Source: Mesotaenium endlicherianum
Lineage: Eukaryota
Direction: 5' to 3'
Length of the DNA stretch: 64,000 bases
Assembly: GCA_009602735.1 (NCBI GenBank)
Contig: WELA01002297.1
Coordinates: 780,773 to 844,772 of the forward strand
Below are positions 50,801 to 62,023 of the stretch, piece by piece; the stretch's first letter is position 1; each line of letters starts with the position of its first letter. The notes beneath the pieces were generated by a model, which was not told the DNA's origin, did no database searches, and saw only the letters and a list, made by a program, of their open reading frames with translations. The position numbers were made by a program, and so were the translations under genes.

Positions 50801-51278
50801 TTTGGCTACTTGGGGGCCAGATGGAAGCAACGAATCGTTCGAAGTTCACAGGTTCGGCACACCCGAGGCCCTTGTCTCTCTGGTAAATGATCTGCGTTTC
50901 TTGCCTTGCAATCGATTCCGTACTGCAACTACGATTTCCTAAAACAAGCGGCTCCTTTTGAAATTCAAGAAGCGTTATGTCTGAATCCTCATCAGCCTTT
51001 CTCGGCTCTACCTCCAACTCAGATTCAGCTTGGGAATTGGCGGAGCCTGCTACCAAATGCTGGTTACTCTCTTTCGCCACTGGCTCCTCCAACAGCTGCT
51101 CGTCTCCAAGCTGCACATCGCTGTTAGACGTGTGCACAGTCGTATGCCCGCTTTCAACCATTGTCAATCTGTACGAAACAAAGCCACCAAATAGAAGAAG
51201 CCCAAGCAGGGCAGCCGTTGTCGGCCATGATTCTTTTTGTGGGAAGTTCTTCATGGCTGCTACGCGATACGTCCACAT
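46507..51278 (-). CDS. FkbM-family (Methyltransf_21-like) SAM-dependent methyltransferase with N-terminal membrane anchor
   Basis: GT-AG exons (minus) 51278 (or 51254)-50771, 50279-50112, 49325-49246, 48919-48837, 48102-47968, 47418-47249, 46643-46507 (TAG). Hydrophobic AALLGLLLFGGFVSY. Motifs VNIGANKGY, CGVCGDC, ILALEP, VVSVDDLV, ILKIDTEGFDPLVLQGA, LEFEYH and WSNVIC. Confidence 0.88.
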
Positions 51279-51494
51279 GAGTGATCCAACGAATGGCGCC
51301 AGCAGCCACTTCCCTTTACTCCCACAGTAGTCCGAAAACAAAAGGTCATGCACTACTGCCCAGGACGTGCATGCTTAAGCCAACCCATCGCATGGATTAT
51401 GTCTCTTTAAAGCTTGGTACCCATATATGCAGAATGCAAGAACGAAGCGATTGCGATATATGAAAACAATGGATATTTTACACATTACATGTTT

Positions 51495-51662
51495 GTCGTG
51501 CCTACACGTGTCGAGTCCGGGGCACGAGTATAATTATCCTGCACGTCTTCAACCTGGTCGACGTATCGGTGAATTTGTCGCGTCGTGCCTAACAGTGTCG
51601 GTCCCTCGGCAGGTGCGTAGTCCTCCAGCAAGTGTGCCTTCAACCTGGTCGATGTGTCGGTG
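51495..51662. repeat. Two diverged tandem ~80-bp units upstream of the methyltransferase
   Basis: gtcgtgccta...gtgtcg...cttcaacctggtcga...tcggtg at 51495-51571 and 51582-51662. Confidence 0.75.
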
Positions 51663-51882
51663 GCCCCCCTCACATGTGGGCAAACATGGTCGATTGACCT
51701 TCGCACGTGTGAAAAGTCTTACCAAGGTTCACCCATCTCTGGGCTCCTGAACTTGCACTGTGCAACCATGACCAACACTCAAAGCAATGTTCTCCTTCAC
51801 CCAGCTCTCACCATCTGCTCATCTTAAGACTTAGCAAAAAAAAAAAAAAATACTTGCCTTGCCTTAATTCCTCTTACACCCC

Positions 51883-52195
51883 TCAGCTGGCACAAGGCGT
51901 GGCTGGCACCAATTCCTCGGGCACAACCCTAACCGTAGGATCAAGATTTGGCAAATGGCATAGCGAGCAATTCTGCACGTGGTCTCTCATGGTTTTACCA
52001 TCAGAACCTTCCAAATCTAACACACCATTGTCAAACGCATGTTTCACGCGTAAGGTCACTGCACCTAAACTGGTGTCGATGGTGGTCTTGGTCTGGCGCT
52101 TGCGGTAGACGAAGTCTCCGTCTTGAATCTGCGTCATCTGCAGGCGGTAGCTCCCGTCTCGCGTCCTGGCACAACGCTGCGTATCTCTTTTCTGC
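51883..52195 (-). mobile_element. Fragment of a Ty3/gypsy integrase C-terminus from a non-chromovirus lineage
   Basis: GDFVYRKRQTKTTID...LRVKHAFDNGVLDLEGSDGKTMRDHVQNCSLCHLPNLD resembles, from recall, the integrase tail that precedes a PHD finger in algal and bryophyte gypsy elements. It is cut by the family-B LTR at 52196. Confidence 0.65.
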
Positions 52196-52734
52196 TGTAG
52201 TGAAACAAATAGATAAAGTACTTAGTGAAATATAATATTTCATCTATTCAAGACAAGGATCTTTGAACACAAGTGGTAGCTTCTTGAAAGAGAGATGGCT
52301 TCTTGAAAATTAATATATTTCTGGATTTTGGCAAGTACAAGAGTGATTCTCCAATGTCTTTCTATGTTCTAGCTCTTGTTTATATACGTGCTACATAAAT
52401 AATTTCTAGGAAGGTGTATGTTAATGTGTTGGCACCCAACACATCCCAAAACTTGCCACCTCTTTCTAGAACAATGTACACATGTCCTTTTGACCTAAAA
52501 ATGGCACATTTGACTTTTGCCACGTGGAATTCTTCTAGGTCTTTCCTCTAACTTCGAAAATGCCTTAGAAGGTTCAAAGGACATGAACCAAGTCACTAGA
52601 GTACCTATTCACACTTGAATCCACACAATACTACTCCAAATATGTTCAAAAACATTAAAATATATGCAAATTAATATATTATAACTCAAATCACTACATC
52701 ACCCCCCGGACAGAAAAGCGACGTCTCGACGCGT

Positions 52735-52858
52735 CAAGTCAGGTCTAACACATGTGGAGCAGACTAGTCAACAGCTTCAAGCCAGATGCCACACATGTGA
52801 AGAGGATTAGTCCAAGGTGCCAAGTCAGGTGCTACACATGTAAGGTAGACTAGGCAAG
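52735..52858. repeat. Three tandem 43-bp-period repeats in the 3' untranslated region of element B
   Basis: caag(t/c)cag...acacatgt...ga(c/t)tag units start at 52735, 52778 and 52821. Confidence 0.8.
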
Positions 52859-53418
52859 GTCGTGGGTGGTGTGACCTTATTGGCTAGCCTACTCCTTGAT
52901 GATATATAAAATTGTACAAGTTGGCCCAGAATCTGCCACGAACTCAAAAATTTATAGCGTCCACAGAATTGCTTCAAATCTGAAAATTCTAAGGCCAGAC
53001 GGATTGCGTCGCAAAACTCTACCGGGTCACCAAATTTGAGAGCATTCTAATTTTTGGAGTGTCATTGAGAGCTTAGAGAGTAGGCACTCCAAATCTGTGC
53101 AGAAACTTCTGAAAATCATAAGTCCTTCCATACTTCTCCAAATTTCGCAAACTAAGTCTCAAACTAGGCGCTGTAAAATGTTCTACCAGAGTCTTGAGTT
53201 TCAGAGCATTCCAAGTTCAGGGGAGGGCACAATGTCAGAAGGCATATTCTGCCCTAACAATGCCAGCAGCTTGACTCCCTTCTACTTAGAGCATTATATC
53301 TCTCTCACTAGTGCTCCAAATTGAGCAAACTTGGACTCTAAATGACCGGCTACGTATGGACTACAGCCAGGTAAATTTTCAAAATTTATTATGCAAAGAC
53401 CTATCACCAGTAGCAGTT

Positions 53419-56400
53419 TTAGTTTTCTGTCCAGAAACAGTGAGAGTGTCTAATGTCAATTTTTCCTCTTTCTTGTTCTTGCAGGCTACCTCCAAGGGGT
53501 CTTCTGCTGCTTCTTGATGGTGGCAGGCTGCCTCCCTGAAGTCTTTGGGCTTCTAGTAGAGAGACGTGGGGCTGGTCCAAGATGGGGTTGGCGGTATGGA
53601 AGCGATTCAACTTTCTCTGAACTTTATCAAGGTAGTGCGCCGCCACCCAACTATTCTCCGAATCTGGATATCCTTTCCACTTGATCAAGTATTGCTGCTG
53701 TCTCCTGAAATTTCTCATAGCCACTATGTCTTCCACTTCGTACTCCAAATGATCATCCACTATTGTTGGGGCTGGTGGGGTTGTCACACGTCCTGGGAAC
53801 TTGTTGTCGGGTTGCACATATGGCTTGAAGAGGGAAGCGTGGAATACGGGGTCGATGTGCATAGTCTGGGGAAGTTCTAGCTTGAAAGCAACGGGGTTGA
53901 CTTGCTGGATAATCTTGAAGGGTCCCAAATACTTGGGAGAGAACTTGCTGCCGGCAGGCCTGTTGTTCAGGGAAATGTTCTTGGATGATAGTAACACGTT
54001 GTCACCCACTCTGTACGTAATTTCTCTTCTGGATCTGTTCGCCACTCTTGCTTGAGCATCTTGCGCGTGTTGTAGAGCTTTCTTCGCTGCTGTAAGGGCT
54101 GCTTCTAATGTCTCCATAAAATCTGTGGCTGCAGGTACTTCATCATGGCCAGCCGTGAAGCTCAGTGGCGTGGTCGGATGGAAGCCATAGTTGAGGAAGA
54201 ATGGGGACTCTTGGGTAGAGGCCTGCGTAGTGTTGTTGTAGGCAAACTCGAGGGGGGTCAAGTACATGTCCCAGTCTTGCTCGAGGGTAGACACGTAGGC
54301 CTTTAGAGAGGTCTTTAGGGTACGATTCATACGCTCGGTTTGCCCATCTGATTGTGGGTGGTAGGCAGTAGACATATCCAGCGATGTACCCAAGTTCTTG
54401 AAGAGATTTTTCCAGAAATGGCTTGTGAATCTTGGATCTCTATCTGACACAATTCTTGATGGTAGTCCATGGAGTCGGAAGATGTTGTCAAAGATGAGTC
54501 TTGCAAGTTGTGGTGCTGTAGCCTTAGTCGTCGTGGGAATAAAATGAGCCATCTTGGTAAGTCTGTCCACCACCGTGAGTATTGCATTATGGCCTCGAGG
54601 TGTCACGGGCAAGTCCACGATAAGGTCCATTGAGATGTCCGTCCATTGTCTTTCGGGGATTGGTAGTGGTTGGAGGAGTCCTCCCGCCTTTTGCGATGAT
54701 GGCTTGATTCTTTGGCATGTGTCACAGCTCCTGCGGTACTCCTTGACTTGCTTAGACATGCCTGGCCAGCAATAAGTCTCGGCTAGAACGCCCGTGGTCC
54801 TTTGGATTCCAAAGTGTCCTCCAAGAGGGTTGTTGTGTGCTTCTCGTAGAAGCAAGAGCCGGAGGTCTAAGTCATTAGGAACACATCTCTGGCCCGTATC
54901 TTGCCTCACCCAATAATTGCCTTCTTGCTTCGTGTATGGGTCCAAGACTGCTTCTCCGTTCTTGTAGTAAGGGTCTCTTTCATAGGCGGCTGACAATTGA
55001 CCTTCCAGATCTGTCTTCAGGGATGTCATCACTGCGTTTAATTGCAGTCTTGAGAGGGGGTCAGCTTGGTTTGTCTTGCCGGGCTGGTACTGAATCCTGA
55101 TGTTGTATTGTTGCAAGTATCCGCTCCATCTTGCTTGTCTCCTTGAGAGATACGGCTGCGTCTGGAGCTGCTTCAACGCTTCGTGGTCTGTAGTGACCAG
55201 CACCTTGCGTCCTTCAACATAGCAGCGCCAAACCTTCAAGGCATGTACAATCGCCAATGCCTCTCGCTCCGTGGTTGTATAATTTTGCTCGGCCGGATTT
55301 AGCTTTCTTGACTCGTAGGCAATGGGCTGCATTCCCTTGCCTTGGTCTTGAAGCAAGATTGCTCCTATTGCATAGGAAGATGCATTGGTGATGACGTGGA
55401 AGGGCCAATCTGGGTTTGGACTTGGGAGGTGAGCATCGGGGATGTCGTCAGTCTTTGCTTCAGTTGTTGGAATGCTTCCTCTTCTTTCTTGGTCCAAACA
55501 TATGGCTTGTCCTTCTTGAATAGATCCGTGAGAGGGGTTGCTATGTGCGAGAAGCTCTGGATAAATCTCCTGTACCAATTCGCAAATCCCAAGAATGATT
55601 GGAGTTCTTTCTTGGTCGTGGGGGTTGGCCATTCCTCCACCACCGTGGTCTTCTTGGAGTCCATCTTGATGCCATCAGCAGTCACGTGGAGACCTAGGAA
55701 CTCCACTTCTTGTTTGGCAAACTCGCACTTTGACTCCTTTGCAAATAGCTTGTTTTGCTTCAATACTTCGAGGACTTCTTTCAAGTGTCTCGCATGCTCT
55801 TCAAGGGTCTTGCTGTAGATAAGGATGTCTTCGATGAATACCACCACAAATCTGTCCAACATGGGCTGAAATATGGTGTTCAACATAGTCATGAAAGTTG
55901 CTGGCGCGTTGGTGAGTCCAAATGGCAGGACCATGAACTCAAAATGTCCATATCTTGTCCTGAATGCCGTCTTCTCTATGTCCGGTTCTGCGATGCGAAT
56001 CTGGTGGTAGCCGCTCCGTAAGTCAATCTTCGTGAAGTACTTGGCTCCAACCAGCCGGTCCATGAGCTCATCCATGCGCGGCAGCGGGTATCGATTCTTG
56101 ATGGTGATCTTGTTGAGGGCGCGATAGTCCACACACATCCTCAAGGTACCATCTTTCTTCTTGACAAATAGCACCGGGGCTCCAAATGGCGACTTGCTAG
56201 GTCGAATGAAGCCATGCTCCAGTAGCTCCTTGATTTGCTTCTTGACTTCGTCTAGCTCCGTGTATGACATTTTGAACGTAGGCCAAGAGATGGGCTTGCT
56301 TCCGGGCTCCAACTCTATCTTGTGGTCTATGAATCTCTTGGGGGGTAAGCCCTTGGGTAATTCCGGGGAGAATACTTCTTTGTAGTCCTCTAAGACCTCT

Positions 56401-57062
56401 TGTATCTCCTTGGGAACGGGACTGCCTTCTTGACTCTCGATGTCTTTCTTGATGTCTTTTGGCGTGATCAAGGCCAAAAGAAGCTCGTGTCCCTTCCTCA
56501 CAAGTCTCTTGAGTTGGAGGGCGGACAATAGTATCTCGTGTGCCGGCTTCTTGATGTCTTGGGTCTGGATATTCTGGATTGCGCGCAAAATACAGATTCT
56601 TGAAGTGATGTCATTCTTGATCTTGATAGTACCGGTCCTCCAATCAACTTGGGGGTTGTGCTTGGTCAACCAAGGCGTCCCTAGGATGACGTCGTACTTG
56701 CCCAATTGCATGGGGGAGAACACTACTCTATCCTTGAAGGACTTGATAGAGAGTGCCAAGGGGTACGTCTTCTTGGAAGGGGTAGTATAGGAGAATCCAT
56801 CGGGCATCATAATCTCCTCGTCGTGGTCAAGAGTTCGCATAGTAATTCCGTGCTTGGTGGCGAAATCTGCAGCAATGAAGTTGCCTTGAGCTCCGCTATC
56901 CACCAAGATGTGGACCTTCTCTCCTCCAAGGTAACCTCTCAAACTCATTGGGGCTGGAACGTCGTCTTCAACGGGGGTCTCCACCTCACTTGGCTTGTTG
57001 CCTTCCGGTGAAGTGGGTCTTGGGGTGGTAAGCTCCTGGCCTACCGGCGCTGTCCGTTTTTT
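53419..57062 (-). pseudogene. pol: pol of element B (protease, RT, RNase H, integrase, chromodomain), inactivated
   Basis: [45 protein letters not shown] and FIED in place of FIDD. Frameshift near 55430 between the ORFs 56984-55365 and 55632-53419. RNase H TNAS. Integrase H-H-C-C plus SMDLI, VSDRD, DGQTER and GPF. Chromodomain YEVEDI...YLIKWKGY...NSW. Confidence 0.92.
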
Positions 57063-58030
57063 GACAACTTATTGGGGCATGAGAGTGCACGATGGCCCTT
57101 TTCCTTGCAATAAAAGCATAGTCCAGTTGTCATGAGAGCTTCTTTTTCAGCTGGGGAGAGTCTTGCTTTCACTCCTTGCTGGTTTCTTGCATCATAAGTG
57201 TCATTGGAGGGTCTTCCACTCTTTCGGGCAGCCGCGGGGTCCCTTTTAATAACTCCAATTTCCATGGGTGTGGGTCCAGATTCGGATGTGGAAGGGGCTG
57301 CGTACATTCGCGTCGCCGGTACCCGTGAAGATGGAGGCACGGAGTGCTTGAAATCCAAGGTATCCATCTTTTGGGCCACTTCAATGATCTTTGTGAAGTC
57401 CGTCAAGTCGCGTAATTCCACTTCCTTTGCCACCTTGGGCTTGAGGCCAAAGATGTAGCGGTCAATCTTCTCCTCGAGAAACATGTTGGGGATCTCAAGA
57501 GTGAGGGCGTGAAATCTGGATGTATACTCTTGAACGGACGTCGTTTGCTTGAGATGGTGGAGCTTTCTTCGGGTAATCTTGTCCGTATTGATGGGCATGA
57601 ATTGCTTCTTGAGGGCCTCACAACAATCTGCCCATCTTGCATATGATGGTGGGGGCTCTTGGCCGAGCATGGGGTGCACCATAACTTGATATATAGCTGC
57701 TTGATAGTTACGCCACCATGATGTTGCTGCTCCTCTAAGTAAGGTAACGGCAAAGGGAACGTAGTCCTCCTCGGGTACTTCAAGGAACGCAAGGTACGTC
57801 TCCACTTGGTAGAGCCATAAATTCAGGTTGGCACCTTTCCCAGGGTTGAAAGTGTCGGCTTAGCCGGACTTGATGAGTTTCCTTGCTCTGGTTGGCTCTT
57901 GTGGAGGCGCTTGAGCCGGGGCTGGATTTTGAGCATTGCTTGCAATAGGGGCAACCATGGCAGCCATAGCTTCTCTCGACGCTTGCACGGTTGCTTCATA
58001 AGTGGCCAAGCCCACTCGGTTGTGGACGGT
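57041..58030 (-). pseudogene. gag: gag of element B with CCHC zinc knuckle
   Basis: LLRGAATSWW, LKQTTSVQEY, FGLKP, PTPMEIG and LCFYCKEKGHRALSCP. Frameshift near 57860 and truncated near 58030. Confidence 0.88.
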
Positions 58031-58049
58031 CAGTAGGAAGGCTGCCCAC

Positions 58050-59047
58050 TCATTTGCGGGACCTCCTTGTCAACAATATCCATGGACTGGGTGGTATTAC
58101 TACCAAGAACTGCAAATGGGCATGATTCTATAGTGGTAGTAGTGGAAAAATTGACAATAATGGTCATTTTCATCCCCACCACCGTCCAGGTGACTGCACT
58201 CGAAACTGCGAGACAGTTCTTCAACCATGTAGTATGCCAACATGGGCTCCCCTCTCATGTTATCTCAGACATAAACTCTAAATTACATCTACATTTCAAA
58301 GAGCTTTAATGGAGTTAATGGGAGTCAAACAACTGCTCAGCACAGCCAACTACCCTCAGACTGATGGGCAGACTGAAAGAATTAACCGAGTTCTGCAAGA
58401 GGTGCTGAGAGCGTATATTAACCAAAAACAAGATAATTGGGATGACCTGTTGCCTCAAATTCAGTTTGTGGTCAACAGTGCGGTGCACGCGTCAACAGGA
58501 AAGACCCCTTTTGAACTCAGTTTGGGTAGAGTCTCTAAGTCTCCTTCAGATGTGCTAGGGGAGTCGTTAACTTACCCTGAGGGGATTGACAATCGGGTGT
58601 CTCTCCAGCTAACTCAGGAGTTTGCTGACACGCTGTCAGAAGTCCAACACAATCTGCACAAAGCCCAAGAAAATCAACAAAGATACGCTAAACAACACCG
58701 ACGGGACCTGACATTTTCAAAGGGGGATTTGGTCAAACTGCATTCTCAACACCTGTACCCACTTGGTGTGGTCAAGAAAAAGCCTGGTCCGGTCTGGGTC
58801 GGTCCATATTCGGTGGTGCGCCGTGTCAATCAGAACGCTTACATACTGAACATGTCAGCAGAATACAAGGATCACCCAATCTCCTGGAATCGTTCATCAA
58901 AGGTGACACACTGTTCACAGGTCGGTTACCTGTCCAACCGGGACCACCCTGAGGAACATGAGGTTGAGGAGATTTTAGACGCTCGCTCTGTCCGTCGATC
59001 ATCTAAATATGTCATGAAGTACCTGGTCAGATGGAAGGGTTACGATG
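58050..59047 (+). mobile_element. Decayed Ty3/gypsy integrase-chromodomain fragment (a distinct chromovirus copy)
   Basis: ISMDWV...HGLPSHVISD, then a frameshift, then STANYPQTDGQTERINR...GPY...HEVEEILD...YLVRWKGYD. Cut by the family-A LTR at 59048. Confidence 0.85.
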
Positions 59048-59881
59048 TGAAATGAATTCGACTTACCAAATAGGCGATTAACAATTAATGAAGATCGTTA
59101 TATCAGCAAGTAATCTTTATGGTATTTTCTGTTAACTGGTTAAACGGCAAAGGACAACACACTAGCAGGGAACAATACTCGTAAGTCAAATGCGAGTAAA
59201 CTAGCATCAATAATGCAATCAGTAAAACTCATACATAAGCAAGGTTAGAAGACAGTGCGTATCAATGGCTTCTCGCCTTGGATTCAGATCTCTCTCAGTA
59301 AGCTGTACAAGAGAGTTGGCCTCGTTTCCAAATGCCGAACTCGAGAGCAATGCCTAGCATATGTACATGGAATGAGTTTACTGTTCAACGGCCAGTGCGA
59401 TGGCACCGCCTACCCGGGAGTTAACCACGTTGGTAGGACCTCGGTTAACCAAATCCACCGCCATCTCCCATCATCCCGAATCGCCATCCATCCTAAGGAT
59501 GTCATCTGGCCATTCATCTAGCATATCACACTGAGATGCATATCGAGGCAGTTCGCTGCTACCGAGTACGGAAGTCAGCTGGCTGTCAAAGAATGTGTCA
59601 GCAAGCTGACTTAAGCTGACTCCAGCCTGCTGCTTCCGGCTGAGTCATTGAACTGATATTAAATATAAAGTCCAGCAGACTGATTATCAACTAGAGTTCA
59701 GTAGGCTGAACTTAATTAACTATTATATTTAAATGAATATTATATCTCTTAATATACTAATTCATCACAATCCCTCCAACTTAACTTGTTGTCGCCTCGA
59801 CAACATTAAACTGCAGAAGTCTTTAATCAGGGAACTGAACCTGACCAGCCTCCCCCACTGACTACCTATTCAGCCTGTCAC

Positions 59882-62023
59882 CTAGGGGGTTGTTCCTGGG
59901 GCTTCAAGATCAGGAGACGGAGATCTGGACCTAGATCTGGACAGCCCTCTAGGTCTGTCAGCTGGCCTTCTAAAGAACCCCGTTTGTTCTAAAGTTGGGC
60001 CCCGAGGAGAACAAAGGATAGTAGCCTGCTCTTCAACCACTTAAGTGTTGATCCCCACATAGACAGGCATTCCAGTAGGATGCTGAAATACATTGGCAAG
60101 AGGTACATGTCCCTGAGCGAAGGGGGAGGCTGGCGGCCCTCTTCTGAAACCCCTGTCTTCTGGGGATTTCTGCCTGTGTCTGCTGCCAAGTGAGATCAGC
60201 TTCTTCCCCTGCTTGGGCAGGTGTTGTGAAATAGATAGGTAAAGTACTTAGTAAAATAGAATACTTTATCTATTCAAGACAAGGATCTTTCAACACAAGT
60301 GGTAGCTTCTTGAAGAAGAGATGGCTTCTTGAAAGTTAATATATCTGGATTTTGGCAAGTACAAGAGTGATTCTGGAATGTCTTTCTATGTTCTAGCTCT
60401 TGTTTATATACTTGCTACATAAGTAATTTCTAGAAAGGTGTGTGTTGATGTGTTGGCACCCAACACATCCCAAAACTTGCCACCTCTTTCTAAAATGCTG
60501 TACACATGTCCTTTTGACCTAAAAATGGCACATTTGACTTTTGCCACATGGAGTTCTTCTAGGTCTTTCCTCTAACTTCAAAAATGCCTTGAGGGTTCAA
60601 AGGACATGAACCAAGTTACGAGAGTACCTATTCACACTTGAATCCACACAATACTACTCCAAATATATTTGAAAATATTAAAATATATGCAAATTAATAC
60701 ATAATAACTCAAATCACTACAGCAGGTGGGCTGGGGGAGCGAGTGCGGGGTTCAATTGCCTCCATGACGGGGATCACGTTCCATATACCTGATCTTGGTT
60801 CCTTAGGAAGTGCCCCTGCTCGCCCCTGGGTCTCCTGAGTACCAGCTCCTGATGCTTCTCCTCTGCCTTGTTCTTCTTCCTCATCCCCCTCATCCTCCTC
60901 CTCCGAGAGAGTAGGAGTCTTGTCAACTAAGTCGTCTTGCTCTCTGGTAGACATGGAGTAGTCTATTGATCTCCCTTTCTTAGGGCGCGCTGGGGGTTGC
61001 TTGGCCTTCAGCCTGCTGATATCTATCCGGCCTGCATTCTTCGCCCATTTGACGAAGGCATGCTCTCCCTTAGAGAAGTAGTCCCTCCCCCTCCTCTTGT
61101 GCTCTTTGGTCTCTGCATTCATATTGCTCAGGCAGCCATTCAGCCTGGGGTCCCAAGGGGCAATGTGAGGTGGTAAGATGAGGCAGCCGTCTAGGCCATA
61201 GTGGAAATCGTTTGGTTGGGATCGTTTTGTTTGTGACCGTCATCCACCTCCAGTTTGTTGGCTGCTGGTAGTACTGGGATCCACGCTCAGCCTTTCTCGG
61301 TTTACATGGGAACCAGTGGAGAGAGAACATCTGCTGTCCTGCCTCCCTGGCCAAGTACTCCCAGCTCCTTCTCTCAACTTCATTGTAAGCTGGCAATAGT
61401 GTGAGGTAGAATACCGCATCCTTAAAGCTATCGAGCCGCATGCTCACCATCCTGATGAGTCTCTGATCTCCCACTATTCTCGATATTGGGACAGGCTTGT
61501 TCTCTGTATCATCGGCAAGGTACCGGGCCTGCTCTGCTGTATAGCCAACCATCTTGGCGTAATCCTCGTAGAGGACCACACCAGTGTGTGTCTCAATGTA
61601 CCTATCCAGTGCTGCAGCTCCTTCCCTCTGTAGCAGTGTTGTCTGTTCCATCTTGTTGATCTCCTAGGCTGCCAGCAATGCTTCCTTCAGGTTATCAAAG
61701 TTTTGGCCACCCACCACAGTATACCTGTAAGTGGCCAAGCTCTTCTGCCTGTCCGCTTCAGCCTTTTTCCTTCTCTCCTCCTCTGCCGCTGCCGCTTCTT
61801 CTTGTTGTTTCTTCTGTCTCTCCTCCTCAGCTTTCCTGAGGTTTTCCGCTTCTTGATCCTTCTTCCTCTGTGCTTCTTCTGTCGCCTCTTGTTGTTTGCG
61901 GACCCTTTCTTGTTCTCTCCTGGTGAGGGTCGTCGCCGCCAGCTCCTTCTGGTATTGCTCCATTGTCCTCCTGGCTTCTTCTGCCTTGCGCTTTTTGTCC
62001 TCCTTTTGTGTGGTGGGAGCCAT
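59882..62023 (-). pseudogene. Disrupted extra ORF ('ORF3', env position) of family A; function unknown
   Basis: ATG at 62023 (MAPTTQKEDKK). E/K/Q/R-rich coiled coil, then a single in-frame TAG at 61666-61664 joining it to ORF 61651-61070, then a frameshift to ORF 61122-60722. Interrupted by the B solo LTR. The remaining tail ends at 60033 or, in another frame, at 59882. Confidence 0.7.
60222..60721 (-). mobile_element. Solo LTR, family B (500 bp)
   Basis: TGTTGTGA...TCACTACA with a perfect 5-bp TSD GCAGG (60217-60221 and 60722-60726). Homologous to 52196-52698. Confidence 0.95.

Larger units (their letters stand above)
52196..58030 (-). mobile_element. Ty3/gypsy chromovirus, family B: 5'-truncated gag, pol with chromodomain, PPT and 3' LTR
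   Basis: 3' LTR at 52196-52698 (TGTAGTGA...TCACTACA), preceded on the minus strand by PPT GGGGGGTGA (52699-52707). Domain order is gag-PR-RT-RH-IN-chromo. No 5' LTR or PBS is seen. Confidence 0.93.

Noticed and set aside
51495..52858. Short spaced repeats as CRISPR-like arrays
   Set aside because: Only 2-3 diverged tandem units, no unique spacers, no cas genes, and a eukaryotic context.
59989..60220. RanBP2-like zinc finger (CTSCQC...CLC) or a transmembrane helix at the ORF3 C-terminus
   Set aside because: All three frames give plausible peptides here and the true frame cannot be fixed from one decayed copy.
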